From: an uncultured Planctomycetota bacterium
GTDB lineage: Bacteria; Planctomycetota; Planctomycetia; Pirellulales; Lacipirellulaceae
Assembly: GCA_963719315.1 (NCBI GenBank)
Contig: CAVRBU010000002.1
Coordinates: 1,526,433-1,566,432, forward strand
Direction of reading: 5' to 3'
DNA length: 40,000 bases
Position 1 is the first letter of the stretch, and each line of letters starts with the position of its first letter. The notes beneath the pieces were generated by a model. The model was not told the DNA's origin. It did no database searches and saw only the letters and a list, made by a program, of their open reading frames with translations. Made by a program: the position numbers and the translations under genes. This document shows, one piece after another, positions 8,057 through 15,654 of this stretch.

Positions 8057-9684
8057 TCACTCAGCCGCGTCCCACCACCAAGCTTCCGCCGCTAATTCTT
8101 TCGGCGGAGGTGCCGTTCGCTCGATCGCGACTCCTGTACTATCCGTCGCGCGTGCTTCCTTCAATACATCGCTGGGCGCGACCATCACACCGCCACTCAC
8201 GCCGGCTAGAATCGTCCGCTGATTGATCACGCGATGATTGATGACGGTCTCCACCTCGCGGGGCACGTTGCCGTGCGGCAATCGCAATTGAGTTCCGTTC
8301 GCGAATATCGTTGGCTTCCAACCGACTTTTTCCGCCAGTCTGTCGCTCTGGATAATAGCCGCCGCCATGGCCAAATCAAACATATTTCTTAGCTCCCCGT
8401 ACACCGGATACTTTTGGGAAAGCTCGCCGAAATGGGCCGTGAACGACTCGGCAAACTGGCGATTGAGCGGATCGCTGTGGCCCGTATGCACGCGCTGGCC
8501 TTGCTCGGCCAGCATCTCGTTTTCGCTGAGCACTCCCACGCCTTGGCCAACTAACTCAAACGCGTCGTTCGCCTCCGACCGCGCGATCGTGTCGTATTTC
8601 AACGTGAACCACCACCGCAGCACCGACATCGCGGGCGGCGATTCGCCGTGCCGCAAGTGGATCGAACTCAAGTAGCTCTCAACGCCGTCCACGCCCTCGG
8701 CCAGGCCCATGCCGATCAGCTTCATGTGATAATCGGCTTCCACCAGAATTCTGGCGACGCGGCTTGCCGGGTCGATACCGAAGATTTCGATGTCCTGTCG
8801 GCCGACCGTGTCGCGCAAATCACTGAGCCACTTCTTCCTTTGCCCCGGCTCGAGCGGCTTCTGGCTCGACGACGCCAAAAACGCTTGCGTCTTGGCCAGC
8901 GATGCTTGCCGCGGATTGATCGAACAGCCAAAGTGGCTGTTCGCCGCGTCCGGTCCGCGCCGCAGCAACACGAGCAGATCATCGAGCCGCACGACCGGTT
9001 CAAGCGTCTTCTTGGAAACGATGCGACCATCGTCATCAACTTTCCAATCACCCGCCGGGCCGGCGAGCACCAAATCCCCCGACTCCGGATACGCAAACAC
9101 ATATTTCACGCGTTGCAAGCCGGCGAGCGTAAGCATCGCAGGGTCCAGCGGTTTGTGCGCCGCTTGCCGCGCGCGATCTCGCGCTCCAGTCGCGGCAACG
9201 ACACAAAGCGTAGCGTGCTGGCCTTCGATGCCAGTCGTGGTTGGTTCGCGTACGGAGGCGGGGCCGCGCCACGCTTTGCGGTGAGATCGCTCGCGCCTTG
9301 TGTTTTGGATTTGAGCCGCAACATTCCGCCCGCGTCCACGAGCACGCCGTTGGGGAATGGTCGAATATCGGCCGAACCGCCGCCGTTCTCCATCCACGTA
9401 TCGGTGGCAACGGTGGATTGAATCAAATCGATAAGCGAATCGAAATCGGCATTCGCCGCGGCGCCTCGCTGCGGAGTTCCATTCTGTCCCATGTTGCCAT
9501 TTGCATTCGGACCGAACAGGAACCCGTTCTGCTGACCGCCAGGTAGGATCGCCGCGTTGGGAATGTTGGGACCGTTCTGCCCAGGAGCGTTATTGTTGAA
9601 TTGAGCAGACGAAGTGGCGCTGAGAAGTAGTGCGAAGCCGCCGGCGATGGCGAAATGCCAAGGTGAGAAGTAATTGGTGCCCAT
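8057..9684 (-). pseudogene. Secreted DUF1598-like planctomycete protein, frameshifted near 9160-9180 (possible assembly error)
   Basis: The N-terminal part (signal peptide, ADFDSLIDLIQSTVATDTW, LRFVSLPRLEREIAR) is ORF 9106-9684. The continuation (QAAHKPLDPAMLTLAGLQRVKYVFAYPESGDLVLAGP... to 8057) is the frame of ORF 8057-9397. The junction lies in gcgcgcgg. The family name is from memory. Confidence 0.7.
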
Positions 9685-10040
9685 GGCTGCCCTCTGTGGA
9701 TTTCTGCCCTAATCGTAATCCATTGGGTTCTTTATTCCCATAATTTGGGTAGAATTAGCGACATGACGGTCCTTTTTGTTGGAGAGCCAGGCAATCTGGG
9801 AATCCGTCGAGATACTGGCTCCCTCCGGTTTTCAAGATGCAAACTGGGCTAAGTCAGGATAGAATAAGCCACGCGAACACTGAGGATAGTTAGACCCCCA
9901 CCCAAACCGCTCGCTGCCCTTGGCGGGCTCGATTCCCTCCCAAGTGGCCGCCAGCCGGTTGCTCGATTCGCCACTCCCACCAAGTTTTGCAGGCGTTTTT
10001 TACTATCTCGTTGTCGCAGCGAAAGGTGCTCCCACACCCG

Positions 10041-12764
10041 ATGCACTCCGACAGGCCATTTCTGTTGCGGGCTGTATGCGTCCTGCTGTGGGGCGCGTAC
10101 GTTGCTCGACCCGCACCCGCCGCCGAGCCAGCTCCTCCGGCTCCGTCAGCGTCGTCGCCGCAAGGCGTCGAGTTCTTCGAGGCCCGTATCCGCCCGGTAC
10201 TCGTCGAAAAGTGCTACAGTTGCCACTCTGCCCAGGCCAAAGTGTTGAAGGCCGGCCTGCGGCTGGATACAGCTGAACGAATGCGGGCCGGCGGCGAATC
10301 GGGCCCCGTAATCGTGCCCAATAAGCCCGCCGACAGCCCGCTGATTGCGGCTCTAAAGTACGAGTCAAGCGAGATGCCGCCCAGCGGCAGGCTGCCGAAT
10401 GCTGTGATCCACGATTTCGAGACGTGGATTTCGCTCGGCGCGCCCGACCCCCGCGCCGATGCGGCTGCCCCAGACACGAAGAACGCGAAACCCGATCCCC
10501 GCGAGCATTGGGCGTACAAGCAACCGCAAAAGTCGGCGCCGCCGCAAATCGCTCACGCCGCCACCGCTCGCTGCGATCTCGATCGCTTCATTCTGGCGAG
10601 ACTCGAATCCAAAAATCTGTCGCCATCGCCCCAAGCTCCGCCCCGCGCCTTGCTGCGGCGTGTGTATTACGATTTAGTCGGCATGCCACCCACGGCCGAA
10701 GAAATAGATCAATTCGCCTCCGACCCCAGCGACGCCCGCTATGAAGCGATCGTCGATCGGCTCCTCGCGTCGCCGCGCTTCGGCGAGCGTTGGGCTCGCC
10801 ACTGGCTGGATGTGGCCCGATATGCCGACACGAAGGGTTACGTCTTCCAGGAGGACCGCAGCTACAAGGGCGGTTACGCGTACCGCGATTGGGTCATCGC
10901 CAGCTTCAACGCCGATCGGCCGTTCGACAAATTCATTATCGCCCAAATCGCCGGCGACCAAATGGATGATCCATCCTGGGCGCCGGCCTCCGGTTTTCTG
11001 ACGCTCGGCCGCCGCTTCCTGAACGCACAACCCGATATCATCAACGACCGCATCGATGTCGTTTCGCGCGGCATCATGGGCCTCACTGTCGCTTGCGCTC
11101 GTTGCCACGACCACAAGTACGATCCGATCAGCGCCGCCGACTACTACGCTCTGTACGGTGTATTTGCCAGCACGACCGAAAAACCGCACGACGATGCGCC
11201 GCCGGAATTGGTCGATGCCGACAAGCCGTATGACCCGTATATCTTCCTTCGCGGCGATCCAGGCAACCACGGCCCGAACACCGAGAGACGATTCCTCACG
11301 TGCCTCTCGCCCGATAACAAACCCGCTCCGTTCACGCACGGCAGCGGCCGACGCGAGTTGGCCGACGCTCTTACCAGCCGCGAGAACCCGCTAACCGCGC
11401 GTGTGTGGGTGAACCGAGTCTGGGGCCATCTATTCGGAAAGGGCCTCGTGGAAACGCCGAGCGACTTCGGCGTTCGCGGCACGCCGCCGACGCATCCGGA
11501 ACTGCTCGATACGCTCGTCTGCGATTTGATGGACGATGGCTGGTCCACGAAGCGACTCATTCGCCGGCTTGTGCTTTCGGCCACGTATCGTCAATCGAGT
11601 GACGCGCGCGCCGATGGCGAAGCCATCGACTCGGAAAATCGCCTCTTGTGGCGCGCCAATCGCCGCCGGCTCGATCTGGAAGCACTCCGCGACTCGCTGC
11701 TCGCCGTCGCCGGTCGGCTGGACGAGAAAATGGGCGGCCCCTCCGTCTCGATCACCGACGCTCCCTTCTCCACTCGCCGGAGCGTCTATGGCTATATCGA
11801 ACGCCAAAATCTGCCCGCCTTCTTCCGCACATTCGATTTTGCGAACCCAAATACGCACACGCCCGAACGTCCGCTGACAACCGCCCCTCAACAAGCTCTG
11901 TTCCTAATGAACAGCCCCTTCACAATCGAACAAGCCAGCTTCCTTTCGACGCGTAGCGAACTTGAGCCCCAACCCAGTGTGCCTGGGGTCGAGCCGCAGG
12001 CGAGCCCCCAGGATGTAGCCACTTCATCTCCAATTCAAAACGCCGCAGCCTCCCGCGTCCGCCGCATTAATCGCCTCTTCCGCTACGCGTTCGGTCGCGA
12101 GCCGTCGATCGACGAATTGACCGACGCCCTCGAATTCGTCGATCGTGGCGAACCCCCGCAATTCGCAACAATCACGCACCAACTCGCCTGGCAATTCGGC
12201 TGGGGCTCGTACGACGAGCAGGCGCACGACGTGCAATTTCAACCTCTGCCAGTGTTCGCCAATGGTGTTTGGCAGGGCGAAGCGAAGCTGCCCGACGCCA
12301 AGCTCGGTTGGGTCATGCTCAATGCCGCGGGCGGACACCCAGGCGACGCCGCCCATTCCTCTATCCGCCGTTGGGTCGCGCCCGCGGCCGGCACGCTCCG
12401 CATTGAAGGCTTGCTCGCCCACGCGTTCGACAAGGGCGACGGCGTCCGCGGTCGCATCATCGCCAGCCGCGTCGGCGTGATCGGATCCTGGGATGTGTTC
12501 CACAAAGAAGAGGTAATCAATCCACCGCAGTTCGCCGTCCAACGGGGCGACACGATCGACTTCATCGTCGATCCGCGCGCGACCGTCGACACAGATACCT
12601 ACAATTGGACGCTCACCATGCGACTAAAGACTTCGGACAAAGAACCAGAACAAGTCTGGCAATCGGCAGGCGATTTCCACGGGCCGATCACGCCGCCGCT
12701 CTCCCGCTGGCAGCAACTGGCCCAAGTGCTCCTAATGAGCAATGAGTTTGTATATGTGGACTAG
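10041..12764 (+). CDS. PSD1-type protein: planctomycete cytochrome c domain + DUF1549 + DUF1553
   Basis: Signal peptide from the ATG at 10041, heme motif CYSCHS, DUF1549-like DRFILARLESKNLSPSP...LLRRVYYDLVGMPPT, DUF1553-like CARCHDHKYDPI. Confidence 0.88.
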   Translation: MHSDRPFLLRAVCVLLWGAYVARPAPAAEPAPPAPSASSPQGVEFFEARIRPVLVEKCYSCHSAQAKVLKAGLRLDTAERMRAGGESGPVIVPNKPADSPLIAALKYESSEMPPSGRLPNAVIHDFETWISLGAPDPRADAAAPDTKNAKPDPREHWAYKQPQKSAPPQIAHAATARCDLDRFILARLESKNLSPSPQAPPRALLRRVYYDLVGMPPTAEEIDQFASDPSDARYEAIVDRLLASPRFGERWARHWLDVARYADTKGYVFQEDRSYKGGYAYRDWVIASFNADRPFDKFIIAQIAGDQMDDPSWAPASGFLTLGRRFLNAQPDIINDRIDVVSRGIMGLTVACARCHDHKYDPISAADYYALYGVFASTTEKPHDDAPPELVDADKPYDPYIFLRGDPGNHGPNTERRFLTCLSPDNKPAPFTHGSGRRELADALTSRENPLTARVWVNRVWGHLFGKGLVETPSDFGVRGTPPTHPELLDTLVCDLMDDGWSTKRLIRRLVLSATYRQSSDARADGEAIDSENRLLWRANRRRLDLEALRDSLLAVAGRLDEKMGGPSVSITDAPFSTRRSVYGYIERQNLPAFFRTFDFANPNTHTPERPLTTAPQQALFLMNSPFTIEQASFLSTRSELEPQPSVPGVEPQASPQDVATSSPIQNAAASRVRRINRLFRYAFGREPSIDELTDALEFVDRGEPPQFATITHQLAWQFGWGSYDEQAHDVQFQPLPVFANGVWQGEAKLPDAKLGWVMLNAAGGHPGDAAHSSIRRWVAPAAGTLRIEGLLAHAFDKGDGVRGRIIASRVGVIGSWDVFHKEEVINPPQFAVQRGDTIDFIVDPRATVDTDTYNWTLTMRLKTSDKEPEQVWQSAGDFHGPITPPLSRWQQLAQVLLMSNEFVYVD

Positions 12765-12822
12765 TAGGGTGGGCATCGCCCACCAATGAAGAATGTTGAA
12801 GTTTTGGTGGACGTTGCCCACC
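12764..12822. repeat. REP-like hairpin pair starting GTAGGGTGGGC
   Basis: ggtgggc-atc-gcccacc (12768-12784) and ggtgg-acgttgc-ccacc (12806-12822) lie directly after the stop codon. The same GTAGGGTG(G/T)G motif recurs after valS at 39145 and, inverted, at 39213-39222. Confidence 0.5.
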
Positions 12823-12840
12823 CCACAATAAGGTCGAATC

Positions 12841-14277
12841 ATGTCCCATACATTTCAACTAGACCATTTGGCCCTCACCCGCCGCGAACTCCTCCAGCGT
12901 TGCGGCATGGGCTTCGGTGCGCTCGCTCTGGGTAATCTGATCGTTGGCGCTCAGACCGCATCCGCCGCGAGTACGAACCCGCTTTTGCCGCACGCGCCCC
13001 ATTTTCCGGCCAAGGCCAAACACGTCATTCACCTGTTCATGAACGGCGGGCCGTCCCACGTCGATACGTTCGACCCCAAGCCAATGCTCGACAAATACGC
13101 CGGCAAGCCGCTTCCCGGCGGCACGCTGCCGACCGAGCGACCGACCGGGGCTGCCCTCCCGTCGCCGTTTAAGTTCCGCAAGTATGGCCAAAGCGGCATC
13201 GAAGTCAGCGACATTTTCCATAACGTCGGGAACTCGATCGACGATATCGCCGTCATCCGCTCCATGCATGCCGACATTCCGAGCCACGAGGCGTCGCTGT
13301 TGCTGATGAATTGCGGCGACGCCCGGCAGATTCGCCCCAGTCTCGGCTCCTGGCTGTGCTACGGCCTGGGGAGCGAGAACGAGAACCTGCCGGCGTTTGT
13401 GGCGATGTGCCCGCATGGATATCCAATTCAAGAAACGCAAAACTGGCAATCCGGTTTCTTGCCGGGTGTGTACGAAGGATCGTACGTCGATACACAGCAC
13501 ACCAAGATCGAACAGCTCATCGAGCACATCCGCAACGGCCGACTCTCGCTGCCGCAGCAGCGCGAACAACTCGATTTGCTGGAACGATTCAACGCCCGCC
13601 ATGCCCAGGCACGGCACGACGATGCGGCACTGGAGGCTCGCATCCGTTCGTTCGAGCTCGGTTTCCGCATGCAGACCGAGGCGGCCGAAGCATTCGACGT
13701 CCGCCGCGAGCCGCAGCACATCCGCGACATGTACGGCCCCGGCGTGCAGGCCCGGCAACTACTCATTGCCCGCCGGCTGGTCGAGCGGGGCGTGCGGTTC
13801 GTTCAGTTGTGGCACGGCGCCGGCCAGCCCTGGGATAGCCACGACGACCTCGAAGTTCGCCACCGCGAGCTCGCCGGACAATGCGACCAAGCAATCGGCG
13901 CCTTGCTGGTGGATTTGAAGCAGCGGGGCCTGCTCGATGAGACACTCGTCATTTGGGGCGGCGAATTCGGCCGCACGCCTTCGGTCGAACTGCCGAAGGC
14001 CGGCTCAAATGCGGGCAAGATCAACGGCCGTGACCACAACCACCACGGCTTCACGACCTGGCTCGCCGGCGGCGGCGTCCGCGGTGGTTACGTACACGGC
14101 GCAACGGACGACCTGGGTTTCAAAGCAGTCGAAAAGCGGGTCCATGTGCACGATCTCCACGCCACGATTCTGCACCTCCTGGGCTTCGACCACGAAAAGT
14201 TCACCTACCGCTACGCCGGCCGCGACTTCCGCCTGACCGATGTGGAAGGGCACGTCGTGCGGGAACTCATTGCGTAG
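12841..14277 (+). CDS. DUF1501 domain protein (sulfatase-fold, Tat signal)
   Basis: TRRELLQRCGMGFGALALG twin-arginine leader, then GGEFGRTP and NGRDHNHHGF motifs. This is the usual downstream partner of DUF1549/DUF1553 genes. Confidence 0.9.
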   Translation: MSHTFQLDHLALTRRELLQRCGMGFGALALGNLIVGAQTASAASTNPLLPHAPHFPAKAKHVIHLFMNGGPSHVDTFDPKPMLDKYAGKPLPGGTLPTERPTGAALPSPFKFRKYGQSGIEVSDIFHNVGNSIDDIAVIRSMHADIPSHEASLLLMNCGDARQIRPSLGSWLCYGLGSENENLPAFVAMCPHGYPIQETQNWQSGFLPGVYEGSYVDTQHTKIEQLIEHIRNGRLSLPQQREQLDLLERFNARHAQARHDDAALEARIRSFELGFRMQTEAAEAFDVRREPQHIRDMYGPGVQARQLLIARRLVERGVRFVQLWHGAGQPWDSHDDLEVRHRELAGQCDQAIGALLVDLKQRGLLDETLVIWGGEFGRTPSVELPKAGSNAGKINGRDHNHHGFTTWLAGGGVRGGYVHGATDDLGFKAVEKRVHVHDLHATILHLLGFDHEKFTYRYAGRDFRLTDVEGHVVRELIA

Positions 14278-14356
14278 ACTTCGTAGGCAAGTTGCGCCGA
14301 AATTTGCATTCCGGTAACAATTTCGCCGATTGAAGTTGTCACGATAGACGTAATCG

Positions 14357-14601
14357 AGGGTCGTTCGACGACCCTTTCCCGCGGCTGCGGTCTTAGGCCC
14401 GCCGTTTACGGCGGGTCGATGAGGTCCCGAAACACGATGGGGAGCCCCATTCATGGGGCTTCTCGCATTACTTTACGGCTGAAGCCATCGCCGCGAGAAG
14501 CCCTGTAAACAGGGCTTGGTGCTGCTCCGTTGACCCTCACCAACCCGTCGTCAACGACGGGCCTAAGACCACCTTCGGTGGAAAGAGCCGTGAACGGCTC
14601 T
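14357..14601. repeat. 245-bp nested dyad-symmetric element made of local tetraloop hairpins
   Basis: The arms mirror around about 14479. Hairpins are at 14357-75, 14398-415 (cccgccg-ttta-cggcggg), 14443-60 (agcccca-ttca-tggggct), 14498-517 (aagccctg-taaa-cagggctt), 14544-61 (cccgtcg-tcaa-cgacggg) and 14584-601 (agagccg-tgaa-cggctct). Long-range pairs are ggtcttaggccc 14389-400 with gggcctaagacc 14559-70, and ggcttctcgc 14457-66 with gcgagaagcc 14493-502. Confidence 0.85.
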
Positions 14602-14658
14602 GCAAGTCGCTAAACTGTTGCGCACTCCGAGTTTCGGAGAAGCTCGGCTGCATCCAAC

Positions 14659-14705
14659 GAAAAAAACGACTCCCGCCGCTAGGACAGGAGTCGCTTGTTT
14701 TTTAT
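14659..14705. terminator. Bidirectional intrinsic terminator between convergent genes
   Basis: A-tract, stem cgactcc (14667-73) / ggagtcg (14687-93), then cttgtttttta T-tract. Confidence 0.65.
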
Positions 14706-14803
14706 CGTGCTCGCTTGCTGACCGCGGGATGCGGGTCGCAAGCTCGTCACGTTTTCTATTGTCGAGTTGTCACGCGCGGAGCTCTCGGCGCCGCGCCGCC
14801 AAC

Positions 14804-15324
14804 TTACTTGCCGCAACCGCAACTCGGTTGTTCGCAACCGCAGCTTTGCTCACAGCAGCTCGGCTCGCAGCAGCAGCTCTTGTGGCAGCGGAACATGCCA
14901 CACAAGCCGTCGAGCAAGCAGCAGCGATGACGGCACGGCGAGCAGCAGTTCGATTCGCAACCGCAGCTCGGCTCACAAGCACAACTCTGCTCGCATGCGC
15001 AGCTCTGTTCGCAGCAGCAGCTCGGCTCGCAGCAGCTCTTGTGGCAACGGAACATGCCACACAGGCCATCGAGCAAGCAGCAGCGGCGGGGGCAGCAGCT
15101 GGTTTGGCGGCCGCAGCTCGGTTCGCAAGCGCAGCTCTGCTCGCAAGCACAGCTCTGCTCGCAAGCGCAGCTCTGCTCGCAACGCAGCTTTGTTCACAAC
15201 CACAGCTCGGCTCACAACAGCCGTTGCCGTGACCGCACAACAGACCGAAGAACGCATTCGCGCTTCCGGCACTGCTGAGCACCAGGGCGACGCTCAGCGT
15301 CGCAAAGGCAACACAACGTTTCAT
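14804..15324 (-). CDS. Secreted hyper-cysteine-rich repeat protein (CCEPSC/CEQSC repeats); reading frame needs a 1-nt correction near 15178-15187
   Basis: Signal peptide MKRCVAFATLSVALVLSSAGSANA, then FFGLLCGHGNGCCEPSCGCEQSC in the frame of ORF 14770-15324. The identical motif family continues in the frame of ORF 14804-15076 to CGCGK-stop at 14804. AGGAG lies upstream of the ATG. Confidence 0.7.
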
Positions 15325-15654
15325 GGGAGGGCTCCTGACATAACGGGTGGGAAAAATGGGCGGAGGGTCTCGCGCCGCCGGAGGGTAAGAGATCGGAGAT
15401 GGAAGGGCGCGTCGCCCCGTCCTCCGACCTCGGACCTCTAACCTAGGCAGGCCGAGGCCACGACGTGGTAAACGTCGTTAGGTGCTATCGTCGCGGTCCG
15501 AATGCTAGCTGAAGAATCCTCGACGAAATGCGCGATTTCCCAGGTGTAACGCTTGAACCGGTCGGCACATGGCGGTTATGTGGATTGCGTCGCTTCGTTC
15601 AATTGGTCCGTGCAAGTTCGGAGTTCGTGTGGCGGCATACAGTTGCCTGGCCCG

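Noticed and set aside
8648-9421. Long antisense ORFs opposite real genes (for example 8648-9421, 10674-11339, 12859-13758, 18903-19985, 21092-22387, 3710-4366, 4511-5182)
   Set aside because: These are shadow ORFs typical of GC-rich DNA. In each case the opposite strand has clear family-level motifs.
14357-14601. Hairpin array as a CRISPR array (also 22432-22553)
   Set aside because: There is no constant repeat sequence and no regular repeat-spacer period. The units are mirror images rather than direct repeats, and no cas genes are present.
14770-15180. Ala/Arg-rich continuation of ORF 14770-15324 (ASRAALASRAVLASRAALANRAAAA...) as the true C-terminus
   Set aside because: It is a typical off-frame translation of a GC-rich repeat. 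The Cys-rich motif seen before the junction continues perfectly in the neighbouring frame.
14618-15441. Long + strand ORFs (204 aa, 224 aa and others) across the repeat locus
   Set aside because: They exist only because the repeat lacks stop codons in most frames. They have no signal peptide, start context or motif coherence.
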